DNA of 63,318 nt, counting the filler, from Vannella sp. (taxonomy: Eukaryota), in assembly GCA_023345925.1 (NCBI GenBank). It is 6 parts of 6 records of this genome, joined end to end, with 100 filler letters (N's around TTAATTAATTAA, not from the genome) between each part and the next. Parts side by side here need not be neighbours in the genome. Positions count along the whole stretch, not along the records: positions 1 to 13,511 come from JAJQQN010001009.1; 5 more parts are not named here. The stretch is one strand, 5' to 3'. Positions 1-12,587 of this stretch are shown here, one piece after another. The notes under the pieces are model-generated. The model saw only the letters and a list, made by a program, of their open reading frames with translations. It did not search any database and had not been told where the DNA came from. Position 1 is the stretch's first letter. The number at the start of each line of letters is the position of its first letter. Both the position numbers and the translations under genes were made by a program.

Positions 1-343
1 CAAAGGCGGAGTTCCCTTTCGGGAGAGAAGTACGAAGCCCCGTCCTCTCTCTGAGTGTACCCACAGTTCGGGCCTTGATGAAAGAAATGCTTGGTTTGCC
101 CATTTTCACTTCCCCACTTCCCGAAGAAGGAAAAAGGGACTTTCAGCAAAAACTGCAAATAAAGGAATTCTTCTCGTTCTTGCTTCATTTTACGTTGCAG
201 CTTTGGGGAGAGCGGCTTCCCCCATTGCACGCTCCACCTGCACCACCAAGATGAGGTGCTGTTCAGGGACGTGTTTACTCCCTCCTCACAACCTGCAACG
301 TATGGACTCCGTACTTCTCTCCCGAAAGGGAACTCCGCCTTTG
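1..343. mobile_element. MITE-like element bounded by a 34-bp perfect inverted repeat (may extend left of the window)
   Basis: 1-34 CAAAGGCGGAGTTCCCTTTCGGGAGAGAAGTACG is the exact reverse complement of 310-343; the interior is apparently non-coding. Confidence 0.55.
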
Positions 344-371
344 GGCATCTCCCGATCGGCATCTCCCGATC
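344..371. repeat. 14-bp tandem duplication abutting the right inverted repeat
   Basis: GGCATCTCCCGATC occurs twice (344-357, 358-371). Confidence 0.85.
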
Positions 372-513
372 GCGTGCTTGCTGGCTGGCGGGCCTTGGTT
401 CTACCTGCAGTTTGGCATTCTCGTTAGCATGAAAATGTCGCCTCTACCGCCCTGGTGGACGTCAAGGCGGAAGCGAGAACCCAAGCACTCTCTTCATTAC
501 ACGTACTCTTCTT

Positions 514-1826
514 ATGAGCAACCACGATGTCCTATCTCCTCTTATACAAGAGGAAGAGGGTGAGTGGCTCAACCCCTCAAGATCTAACACTTTTGAAGCG
601 AACAAAGGGTCTACCAGAGATGCGGTTGTCCCCCTCCTGCCCTCATACCTGCCACTGTCCCACAGCTCCTCACGCTTATGTTCTGGTTTGGAAGGAGTTA
701 GAGAGGCACAACAAAGAATGACGATCCCTGGCCATCCTCACTCCTCTGAGAAGGACATCTCAACAGAACGTCAATGGTGGCGGTGTGGGGATCATCACGG
801 AGAAAAGCACTGACCACCTGACGGAATTCCTTGGACATCTGGGCCCAATTCTCTCCCTTAGGGAAGCAGGGAAAGGAAAAGCCGCTGAGTGGGAACTCTC
901 TTTTGCTATTTTCAGAGCGATAGCGGCTACAAACACTCTGGAGGATGCTTTACGCCCCCTTACCTTCCCGAAACTTTTATTTGGCCGCATCTGCTTGAAG
1001 GAGCAGTTGCTCATGTCAATAAGTTGTTAGTAATGGAGAAAGGCAAGAATGATTCGAAGGGGATTCTGTCTGGCGATACTGATTTCAAGAGGCTTCTATC
1101 TGGCGAGATTACTGAAGCGCGCAAACTAATGCTGATAGAGTTATCCTAACAAGCGCGAACTGATATTGCATTTCTGGTGCAATTGGGCAATGGAAAGATG
1201 GACATGTTCGCGATCCAAGTTAAAAACAAAGGAGATCCAGGTCTGCAAGACTCTCTCTACAGTGTGACCCCATCACTGTCGCAGAAATGTCAATTCTTGT
1301 CTTCGGCGAATATTCCTGCAATGGTCAAGGATGTCAATTCTTGTCTTCGGCGAATATTCCTGCAATGGTCGCTGTGATTGCTGAGGAAGCAAAGAAATCT
1401 CGGAAATCCATTTACCGAAGACATCTTCCTCAAGAGTTACCAGGGAGGAAAAAATTTCTTGCCAAGATCCACGCTCCAAAACAAGACAATCCACGGCATG
1501 AAATTGACAACCGGTGGGCAAGAGCGCTATTCTTAAATGGAAAGAAATTCAGTAATAATCTCGCTGATGCGATTAACAAAGCCAATCGCAATTCATGTCC
1601 CAATCAACCAATCATTCCCCTGGAAACTCACTTCATCAGCAAGCCAAGCGTGGAGAGAGTCAACAAGCCACGTGTATTCCTGACTGCCCCGATTCGTGTT
1701 CCTGTGAACGATTCATGGAACAAATACCGACAGCTTCCGGACCGTCCGGTCCAAGAACACCTCTTGCTCCTAATCGAATTCAAAGTCCAAAGAAACCTCG
1801 CCGCAGGAAGTAATTGCCAGCCCTAG
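514..1826 (+). pseudogene. Decayed Crinkler/CR-effector-like gene with PD-(D/E)xK (REase-fold) nuclease motif
   Basis: Frame-hopping translation gives GKAAEWELSFAI...LIELS*QARTDIAFLV...MFAIQVKN (D...QxK motif); frameshift near 1000, in-frame TAA at 1147-1149, frameshifting duplication at 1287-1370. Confidence 0.5.
1287..1370. repeat. Perfect 40-bp tandem duplication with 44-bp period
   Basis: ATGTCAATTCTTGTCTTCGGCGAATATTCCTGCAATGGTC at 1287-1326 and 1331-1370. Confidence 0.95.
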
Positions 1827-2322
1827 CAGCTCACAATGGACACTTTAACACTCATTCTCCTTCTAAACAACCATTCATGCACGGGGAATCCTGATTTGCA
1901 TGAAGACCTAAAGGCACGAGAAAATGGTCTCTTCAAAGACTTCCCAACCGCCTTTCGGCTGGCTTGTGAGGGCCCTGAGGCGTCTCACTTACACTTTTAG
2001 TCCCATATGATACGTTGGTTCGTCGTACATTCTCGAGTCACTCTTCGTAAGAATGGTCGAGCCATGCTTAGTGGAGCGAAAGAGGGCCAATTGCGGAAGC
2101 TCTCGAAGAAGGACTTAAGCACACAATTGATCGCACTCGCAGTGTACAGAGCACAAAGTGGATGCTAATGGACATGAGGGGTTCTTTCTCTAGTCTTTCT
2201 CGGGGGAGTTGGTGAGCTTTTTTACATGCCAGTGCTCAACTCAGTTTTCTTCCGGGCGGTTAGCTCCATGTTTGGAAGTCTCTCCAGAATCTTTTCAAGA
2301 TTGTCTGTCGCTTTTCCGGCTC

Positions 2323-3686
2323 TTACGGCTTCAATTGCCTCTTGCCATACTTTTTTACCTTCCTCACCGGGGTGTAGCACTCCATGACTGAAGCCAATGC
2401 GAAGAGGTCATGTTTGTGCTTGATGGGAGCTCCTGCTGCGACTTCCGAATGGCGGCCGCCGTCCTTCAACTGAAGATGAATACCGATTGGATAACAAGGA
2501 GCCTTCCACTCTAGACTGGCACTGGAGCTGAGATTCTCCCGGGCCCTGGCTGTTTCCCAGGAGTCCTCTGTTTCCCAGCCTCCAAAATCATCGATCAACA
2601 CTGTTTCCCCGCCAGGAAGAAAGAGCATGTTGAAGCCACGAATGTCTAAATGCACTGCGCCCTCCTTTTCCATGCGGGACAAGGTCTTGAAGATGGAAAG
2701 AAAGTGAGCAGGTGTCGGATAAACTTGGCGCTCCTTGCCAGGTGTGATAAGCGCGGAGCATTCGCCTGCACGCGCCTCATGCGTGAGATTCAGTCTTCTG
2801 AAATGAAGCGTTTGGTCCTTGACTTTGCCGACCACCAACTGGCCTGCCACCATGCCAGCAGAGAATCTTCTCCACAACTCCACATTTGGCCGTCGGGATA
2901 CGGAGCCCAAGAACCACTTGTAAATAAACTATCCGTGGAGACAGGGAGTGCATTCCATCGATTTACAGGAATATGGCCTAGCGTAAAGCAAGTGAACGCT
3001 GTCTGAAAGTTCCGCAACAATCTCCTTCACCTTGTCCTTGGCTTTGAGAGCGTTGATGAGCCAGAGGGGCCTCAAGGTCACATCGGCTTCCCACTTCAAC
3101 TCGAGTTGTCCAGAGACCACGTGCATCGACAGCATCACCGGGTCGCACACTGGGCGGAGTTTTGATAGTTTCTTCTCAAGCCGTGTGGGAGCTTTGATCC
3201 TGCAGCCAATTGCATCGACAAATGGAGGAATCTGGGCTGCTGATTGGGTTCTCTCGAGTTCGACCTGGTCTGAGAGCATACGATCAAGACCTCTCTTGTA
3301 TGGCTGTTTCCGCCTTAAGAACTCTCCATACACGTAGCGCGTTCTGTGGTGCTCAAGCTGAGGGTTCTCGCCCCCTCGAGCTTTCTCTCTTTCGAAGAAC
3401 TGTTTGCCTCCGCCATCTCCGTTTCATACACCATCAATCATTGTGCTGTTCCATCAGGTGCAGTGCCGACCACGCATCCAGTTCTGCCCCAAGAGAGCTC
3501 GAAAGGCTTCTCATGTGCAAGTACGTCTTCTTGATGTTCTGCAGCGGGAGGAGCGTGTCTAATGTCATCAATAGGAACCCTGCTGAGCGTCACATCCGAT
3601 CTCTCCCGAGTAAGTGGGCTCACGTATGCCTGTGATCCATGCGCAATCACTTGCTCCTCGCTCAATCTGCGATACGTTGTCCCCAA
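2323..3686 (-). pseudogene. Disrupted atypical protein kinase gene, possibly a REase+kinase CR-effector type
   Basis: VVGKVK, HLDIRGFNML, IDDFG and HDLFALA kinase motifs in ORF 2323-2910; upstream pieces 2929-3333 and 3438-3686 are separated by frameshifts and a TGA at 3438-3440. Confidence 0.55.
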
Positions 3687-4198
3687 AGAGTCAGCAGCAT
3701 CACAGCCTCGTCACCTTCGCTCTTCTCATCTCCATCGGGCCCCCAAAAGGAGGAAATGAAAGAAACTTGACGCGAAAAAAAGAAAAAAAAGAAACTTGAT
3801 CGCGCGAAAACCTTCCACTGAAACGTGTTGAAAGACCCTTTTGAGTTGATTTATGGGAATGAATTTGGCTGAGACTTGACCAGCTCGCTCAATAACGTCC
3901 AAACGGAGTGAAGAGCCTCTTCCCGAACTCGTGTTTGCCAAGCTGACACAAACAAGACAGTCACTTCGAGGAAGAAGAACCTCCACCAGCTCGAGGATAC
4001 AAAGGGAGAGTTCACAAGTGGCCGAAAGAGGGGCCTTCCAAATGGCCTGCGTAGAACCAAAAGGCCGAACTTCTAAGACAGAATACAGCCCGTGTATCAC
4101 TCTTGGGCGTCGGAGGAAGGGGAGACCCTAAAATAGGGCGAATGGGAAGTAGGAGGAGTCGACATTTTTCTCGGTCCTGGAAGTGAGAGGGGCGGCTG

Positions 4199-7100
4199 AT
4201 GTCGATTGTGAAGATCTTCGTGGATGTGACCGATACAGCTGCGAACGTGGTAACAGTGCGCTTTGAAGAGGGAGAGATGGTTCGAGACGCTTTGGTGCGG
4301 GTGGCAACAAAACTCAAGCTACAACGAAGTGCAGAGGAGATCCACACCCGGTTCGCCTTTATCATACGAGGGGTCTCTGGTAGTCGCTACTTTCCGTTAG
4401 CAGAGCCTATCCAACTCCACTTGTGCGAAGCAGACGCGTCGAAGGTAGGGGCGAAGTGTCTCTCCTCGTGGCATGTGTTTGATACAGAGCATGGATAGGA
4501 TACAGGAGTCCGTGTTGTGTTTGTAAGACGCTCTACCAAGGTTGTGGTGATAGGATTGGACCGAGAGAACGAGTACGTTACCGTTGACTTCTGCAAGGAG
4601 CGGGAACTGGAGTCTTTGCTGGCTCAGCTGTCGCGAAAGTATGATGAGAAGGTCAAAGACCTGTACTTAGTCTCCGCTTCCAATCCTGAGAAGGAGCTGA
4701 GCATACAACGGACATTGGTGGACCAGAAGCTCGTCCATGAGGACGTTTTGTTGCTCAAATCGCGCCGGAAGAAGAGGGCTTCTGTGGTAAGTTCTACCAG
4801 ACACATTCTATCCTTTTGCTTATTAGACACAGTCAGGAGCGCCGAGAGGAGTCCGAAAACTCCGCGGATCCCCGATGATGGCTCGGCGTGGTTCCACTCC
4901 AAATGCACGGTCTAAGAGTGGCTCTCTGGCCCATGGCAAGAGCATCCAGAACTACTTACCACCAATCATCTTCTACTCTCTCCGCTGGATCGAAGCCAAC
5001 GGTAAGAACAGAATTCTGTGCCTTGTTCAACACTCTCTTACTTCTCTTTGGCTGGATATATCTAGCTTTGGAAACGCCCTGCATTTTCCAACTTTCTGGA
5101 CGCTCTGTGGATGTAGAAGAGTTCAAGAAAACCTTTGGAAGTGGATTTTTGCCTGATCTTGACTTGGCTTCGGACCCTTTCGTGGTCTGTGACCTTCTCA
5201 AAGCAGGATTGAAGGGACTTTCTCCTTGCTTGGACTTCTCTTTCTGGACCCGCTTCCAACCAGAAGCGTTGAAGACTCCTAGTATGGTTGTCAAGTCGCT
5301 GCAAGAACTCCCTGGTCCCAGCATTAATTTGCTGAAGCAGCTTTGCCTCTTCCTTCAGCGGGTTTGCTCCTTTAATTCGGCGAATCGTATGACAAGCTCA
5401 GGACTCGCTACTATTTTTGCCCCTTTGATTTGTCCTTGTGATTCGGGAGACCATGTGTTGCCAGAGGCAGTATCACTGGTTCAGATGCTCATTGACCACC
5501 CTGATTGGATCCCTATGAAGCAGCATCCTGTCTTGGTGAATTCTATTGCAAAGATTCAACGTGGAGAAGAGTTTTCCCTGGCCGCTCTGCAACATTTTAA
5601 GTCGCATTTGATGATGACAGAGGAGTTGCGATGTGAACATAGCAACACACTATTGGTGAGTCCACCGCCAGCAAGCAGTCTCAAGGGAACTCTATTTGTG
5701 TCGAATTATCGGGTCATTTTCCATTTTTCCCAATCAAACATCGCAGAATTCTCTCACTTTAGCATTCCTCTTGCGTCTATACACTCTGTCGATGTCCACA
5801 AAAAGAGGGTAGCCGATTTGGTGATTCAAGCAAAGAATCTGACCAGCTTCCACTTGAACTTTCCTTCTGCAGAGGACTGTAATCGAGCTTTAGAAGTGAT
5901 TGCACCTTTCAGACCACCTCAAGCCCTGAACCAAATGTTCGCATTCTCCCATGCGTTATTTGTTGAGGATGAAGCGCATTCTTCAGTCTGCCTAGCACCG
6001 GAATTGGAGTATGACCGACAAGGTGTCCACATCCCCGAAGAATGGAGGAATTTCTCCTGCAAGGTAGCAGATTCTTATCCTCGCCAGATTCTTATTCCTT
6101 CACTCCTCTCTGAAAGTGATCGAGAGAGCTTGACCAAGTCCTTTCAGGGTCGCCGCTTCCCCACTTTAGTTTATCAACACGCAACCACTTCAGCCTGTTT
6201 ATTGATTTCAGGGAAGGAAAGACCTCTTGATACACCCATGGCCTCTTCGCCATCCACTTTGAACATGAGACAGGCTGCTCCTCCTGACGATAATCGACGA
6301 GCCTCAGTTACACTCCAGGACTCTTCAGTGGTTCGCTGTTTGAAGCAGATGCAAAACAACGATTCACTCCAAATCGTAGCTTGTTTGCGCCCTTCTGACC
6401 TTCTTAAATCTGAGGGTATCAAGCAAAACAACAGGAAAATGTTAACTTTTACCGAAGTCAGCTCCTTGTTCATTCAGATACGCTCTGCCATCTTTCGGAA
6501 TGCTATTGACAGTGCAGAGTCCGTTATCAACGAGTGGCGTTCTTCTTTGGGAGAGGTTATCCTCTCAGCCACATCCACAGCTGTTGAGTTTCTTCAAGGC
6601 AAATCATTTGTTTTTGAAGATGCTCAATCGAGTCACTTTGGTACGATCGCGCGTATCATGCTCCTTGTGGACCCTTTCTATAGGACAATGCAGGGGTTCC
6701 ATCGGCTTATTGAGCATGTCTGGATTCGCTTTGGATTTCCCTTTGCCAGCGCTACAGTCATCGAGCATTCTGAAGTGGATGACGGGCAGATTGGCATTTT
6801 CATTCACTTTATTGACTCAGTTTGGCAGATATTCAGCCAATATCCATCCTGCTTCCAGTTCAACGAGACTTACTTGGTTGCTCTCCTCAACAGTGTCTTC
6901 TCTGGACAGTTTGGAACATTTCTGAGTAATAATGAGCGCTCTGCTTATGATAATCTCACCACCACCGTGCCTGTGTGGCGTGTCTTGGAGAGAGAGGAAT
7001 CTCACCAAAACCCTCTCTACTGTGACAAAACGCGTTCTCCTCTTCTGCCTCATGCGAGCGGCAAACGAATGGCTTTCTGGACTGGATTCTTTTTGCAATG

Positions 7101-10100
7101 GGCCAGTGCCCAAAGTGTTGCTCGCTTTGGTATGCAGCTTTCCAATAGCTCAGATTCCTCTCTATCAATGCCGCACTCTGGTCTGGGACACCTTTCTCGT
7201 CATCTCCTTCAGTCTTCTTCTTCAAAGAGTCTGTTGGAAGTGGACTTTTCTGACAATAACTTGACAACATTCCCTTTATGTCTTCTCTTCTGTAAAGCTC
7301 TCGAGTCAATCAACTTGGCCAATAATTCCCTGCGATTCCTTCCAGAAGACGTTTTGACACACTTGCAAGATCTTAAGTCTCTCCGAACACTCAATCTGGC
7401 AGGGAATCAGCTCTCATTTGTCCATGACTCCATATCTCGATTGACTTCTATCAGGTCCTTGTCTCTTGGAGGAAATCCTTCCGAAAAGCAAGATTTGGCT
7501 GGGGTTCTCTCCATGGATTATCTCACTGTTTTGAAGCTGGAGGACTTTGGACTCACAGAAGTGCCTTCTCAACTCATCCAAATGACCAATCTGACATATC
7601 TCTCGTTGGCTGGGAATAGACTGACATCTGCCACTCTGGCTTTGCATCAATTGCGAACTCTCAGTCTTGCACGAAATCTCATTGTTTCTGAGGACCTTCA
7701 CATTGAAGGTGATAAGCTGAGAGTTCTTCGACTTGATTCTAATTGTCTGCAATCTATTCCGTGCTCTATTCTCAGACTTCCTCGATTATCGAAGCTAACT
7801 CTTTCTAACAATCTGTTAACGCGCCTTTCGCCAGAAATTATTCGTTTAAAGAAGCTTGCTGTGCTCGATATTTGCAACAACAAAATCAGACTCCTTGCTC
7901 CGAACCTATTCCTGCTGAAGAAGCTTGAAACACTTCGCCTTTTGGGCAATCCTATTGAGTCTCCTCCTCCCAATGTGGTATCCGAGGGCCTCCAAGTTCT
8001 GTTACCATATTTGAAGGCCAGCATGGATCGCAACACCTCTTTGCGTCGCGTTCGGTTAATGATAGTTGGGCAAGAGAACGTGGGCAAGTCATCCCTTTCA
8101 CATTACTTGAAGAACAATCTCAAGTCACCTGTTAACATCTCCACGGATGGCATTCATATTGAAAACTGGAGACTTCAAGTCAATAACGGGAACGTGGCCC
8201 AATCTGTTGATATTAACATTTGGGACTTTGCGGGGCAGGAAGTGTATTATTCAACTCACCAGCTCTTCTTGGGAGGCGACTCTATTTATGTCATTGTCTG
8301 GAACATAATGAGTGACGAGCGAGAGACACGCCTTCGTTTCTGGCTGGAGTCCATCAAAGCTCGAACAGCAGGGAGCGCGTCTGTCATCTTAGTAGCTACT
8401 CATGTTGATCACGAAATGTGCACGCCTGAGTACGTCAGTGACGCGTTGAACACTGTTCAAAACAAGTATTGCTCCCGGTTCCCTTTCATCAAAAGCATTA
8501 TAGCAGTCAGTTGTGCAACGGGAGAAGGATTCTCATCTCTGAGAGATATTGTCCGTGGTGTTGTTGGAGAGCAAGACCACATTGGCAACTCTATTTCAGC
8601 CAAGTATTTGGCTTTGGAAGAGGAATTGGGATTTTTGAGGCAAGAACGAATGCCTCCTCTCCTAAGCTACGAAGAGTTCTCAGAAGTTGCTGGACTCTTT
8701 AACATTGGAGGTGATGAGGTGGAGGAGGTCACTCGATGTTTGGATCGCTGGGGATGCGTTGTCCACCACAAAGACCCTCACTTGAAAGATATGGTGGTGC
8801 TGGACCCTTCCTGGTTGATTCAAGTGATGGCGACCATCCTTACAACAAAGCACCGTTACATTAAGGACGGGCTCCTTCGACATGCAGACCTCGTTCATAT
8901 CTGGCATGAAAAGGACTATCCCCGGCGGTTCCACCCCGCCCTCTTGCAACTGTTACAAAAGTTTGAAGTCTCTTTCAGTTTAACAGACCCTTCTCAGGGA
9001 GCCTCGCGTCAGGCAGAGCACAGTTGGGAAAACGGAGTCAGTTTGGTCCCTTCCATACTTTCTGAAGTCCGGCCAACAGCTGCTTCTGTTCTATTTCCTT
9101 CGTTTGAAAGCGGAATCACTCAGTATGGACGGGACTATAAGTTCAACTTCATTCCGGCTGGCTTTGTGAACCATTTGATCATTCGGCTCTTCCATCAAAC
9201 CCGACAGCAGCATTACTGGCGCCACGGAATCGCTGGTTCATTCAAAGAAGAGCCTTCTTCAAAAGTGATCTTGGAAGTCTTCCCTCAACACTCTTTAATG
9301 CAGGTCATGGTCCGTGGGTCAGCCCCAGTGAAGCTGTTCTTAAGAGTTATTGGAATCATTGAGGCGTTTGTTGAAAGCTGGTTTCATCTCGACGTCTCAC
9401 TCCAAATCCCGTGCTCTCACTGTTTCCTGAATCGCATCCAACCACTTCATCGCTTCACTTACGAGCGCTGTAAAGAGGCGGCGGTGCAAGGGGAGGCTTA
9501 TCTCTTCTGCCCTTCTGGAAGCTCTGTCCGTCTGGATTTACTTGTTCCCGATCTATCAATGGCGGAGGTCCCTCGCATGGAGTATTCGGAAGTCACGCTT
9601 GAGAAAGAGATTGGGAAAGGAGGCTTTGCTACTGTGTATAAGGGGCAGTACAAGGGGAAGACTGTTGCTGTCAAGCAGATTGATCTAGGAGAAGGGGTCA
9701 ACATGGAGGATGCCTATTTGGACTTTATGCGAGAGTCTTGGATTATCAGTGGAATTCAGCATCCTAACATCATCGCATTCGTCGGTTTATGTTCCAAACC
9801 GCTCTGCATTGTGACTGGATTCGCTTCTAAAGGGAACCTCTTCGACTTCTTGCATTCAAAAGACCAGGGAACGGTGGAAAGGGCCAATTCTTTGCCCATT
9901 AAGTGTAAGATTGCCTTTGACATTGCCCGTGGCATGAATTTCCTACACAATCGAATACCAGCTATCATCCATGCCGATTTAAAGAGCCCGAACATCCTAT
10001 TGATGTCTTTGGATGCAACAGATAGCATTGTTGCTGTGGTTGCTGACTTTGGGCTTTCTCGAGCTTGGGTACCAGTTCTGCAAGGTCGCCAGGTGGATAA

Positions 10101-12009
10101 TCCCGTCTGGCTGGCTCCAGAGATTCTCAGTGGGAAAGCCTATTCAGAGAGTGCTGATGTCTATGCCTTTGGTGTGATTTTGTACGAAATCTTCACGCTT
10201 AATCAGTTCTTTGGAGAGTTTTCGTTTATGTCTGCTATGGAGGACGCTATTATAGCTGGCAAACGGCCAATGATTCCCGATGAAGTGCTGCCTAACGTTC
10301 AGTCTCTCATAATCTCCTGTTGGCAACAAGAGCCAAGTCTCCGACCCGCTTTCGAAGACATCGTTGCCTCCCTTCGTGTGATAATCCAGGCAGTCGCCCC
10401 AGATGCCATTAACGTTGAGGAGATTCTTTCAAATAGTATTGAAACAGACGAACTTGATGAGCCGTTTGATGATCCAAGTTTGATATTTACGATCAAACCC
10501 GAGAGTGTGATAACTCATTGTGCTGTGGCGAACTTTGGAAATGACCTCTGGTGTGCAGAGCGGGGCTTCCTCTCCGTGTGGAGTATCTACGACCAATACT
10601 CTCCTGAGAAGAAGGTCCCTTTCTTCGCTCCCATTGTAGCAATGACTTATTGTCACATACCACACGAAGAGCATGGACTGATATGGACTGTAGATGCGTC
10701 GCAAACGATTCAAGTATGGCACTCTGCCACCACATCATTACTAGCAACTCAAAAGAAGCCCCTTGATGGCGTCAGCATCCACTGCGTATCTCCACTGAAG
10801 CACTCAGGGGGAGTTCAGCTTTGGATGGGTTGTAGCAATGGCACTGTTCTGACGTATCGAAGTGATGTCTTATCACCAGCAACAGAACTGCCTTCCTTTG
10901 GGATGGGATGGGTTATCAGACCCTCTGCATACCAATCGGCACTTTTTGATCAACTGAGACAGCCAGAAAGTGGATTCTACCTTCAGAACATTTCATATGA
11001 GGCAGAACCTGGAGTAACTGCTTTCAAAGCCTTCACTGGCGAGCAATTGATGGACTGGCTGGTGCAACACGGGTCGGAGAATCGACAGGCCGCTGCAGGA
11101 GTGGCGGAGTGCTTCCTCACAAATCGCCAGATCCGAAGACTTCTTTACGGGCGGGCAAAAAGAACCCAAAGACGGTCTCGCAGGACGGGGCACTTCTCAG
11201 GGAAGGGCATTTACATCTTTGAACAGAAGGACGACGAGGACACTAATTCTGTTGCTATTCAGAGTTTAGGCAGGTTTTCTGGCTTCCGCTTGACCGCGAA
11301 TCCCTTTTTATCTTCTCCCGTTCGGATGATTGCTCAAGACGATGAGGAATTGTGGGTTTGGTTGGTTGTTGATGGAGCTATTGCCTGCTATGACCCCGCG
11401 CAATCTAGACTTCTGACTTCCTTGGCCATGACTTCCCCAGTGACCTTCTTCGTAACCAAAGGAGCCAATTTATGGATAGCAACAGAAGAAAGCGGGATCC
11501 TCACCGTCCGCAACAAGCACACCTTTGCGTTGGAGCGAGAGATTGAAGCACACCCCACTCCAATCACCTCTTTACTAGCCATGGAAGACTCTATTTGGTC
11601 TTCTGGCTCGGACTCCTCTCTCAAGATATGGTCAAGTGAGTTCTTTTCTATTGTAGAAGATCTCTCCGGCTTCCATCAGAAAGGGAATGTCTCTTTGTGG
11701 GCGGTTCCGGGACACTCCCATGTCATCTCTACTCCACAAGTAGAAGGGAATCTCTGCGGAGTGTGGAAGTATAGCAAGAGCATTCGCAGTGAATACTCTG
11801 CCGAGGAGCTCGAAAACATCAAATTCAAGTTCCTGGGAGAAGAGGAAGTGCCTTCCAAGTATTTCACTGAAGCTGCTTTGGAAGGGATTCGCGCAGTTAC
11901 TTGCGAGGCTACATCCGCAGCTGGTTCCTCTCCGTCATTGAATGTTGTAGAATCTAATTGTAACCTTGTTGTTCTGGTGCGCTGCCCTCCGCTGTTTCTA
12001 GTATACTGA
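4199..12009 (+). CDS. Roco-family LRR-ROC-COR kinase with N-terminal ubiquitin-like, RhoGAP, GRAM and myotubularin-like domains and C-terminal WD40-like/DEP region
   Basis: Introns 4445-4498, 4787-4826 and 5002-5065 join the ORFs in frame; RhoGAP NRMTSSGLATIFAP; myotubularin DPFYRTMQGF and FQFNE; LRRs; ROC GQENVGKSS, DFAGQ, ATHVD; kinase GKGGFA, VAVK, HADLKSPN, DFG, APE; DEP FTGEQLMDWL. Confidence 0.93.
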
Positions 12010-12587
12010 CTTACCGTTCGTTAGGAACTGACCTGCAATGGTGTATTGGAGGAGATTGAGCGATGCAATACCCGCTTGGATGATCTGTTTTCCCGTTTGT
12101 CCGATTCTACACCCAGCTACGGGCTTTACTTGTTCCGTTCCCCAGGCCAACTCACTCCCTCTTTGTGTGAGCAGCCCCAAAAGGGGTTCTTGTTACCATA
12201 GGCAACCGTATTGACTTCTGTGATAGTATTCTTCCTTAGGAACCCCAGCAAAGCGACAGTTGGCCATCAATCCCTCTATCTGGAGCTCTTTGAACTTGCT
12301 CTCGAGAGAGTCCAGGTCCTGGTAGGCCAGAAGATTGATCTTTCGGTAAGAGCTTTCATGGTTCTAGCGTTGTAGTATTCACACTCCTTCTAGTTCGTAG
12401 TGGAGCATGGATCCCAGCTAGCTGAAAAGTACTTGCTCTTCCAACTCAGTGAAGCTCAAAGGAGTGCTTCAACCCCTCCCGTTGCTAGTGTAGATTGAAA
12501 GTGTGTAGTATAAAGTCACCTTTGACAGGCCAACAAGCCGCTCTCTTCAACGGAGCTCTCTCCGACTTGGCGCGAGGAGAATCGGTC

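Noticed and set aside
1147..3440. In-frame stops as evidence of an alternative genetic code or selenocysteine
   Set aside because: Multi-kb genes elsewhere are stop-free and end in TAA, TAG and TGA; these stops co-occur with frameshifts
4888..5065. ORF-track N-terminus of the 2373-aa protein with apparent TM segment
   Set aside because: Out-of-frame exon plus intron 5002-5065; the real frame is LPPIIFYSLRWIEAN
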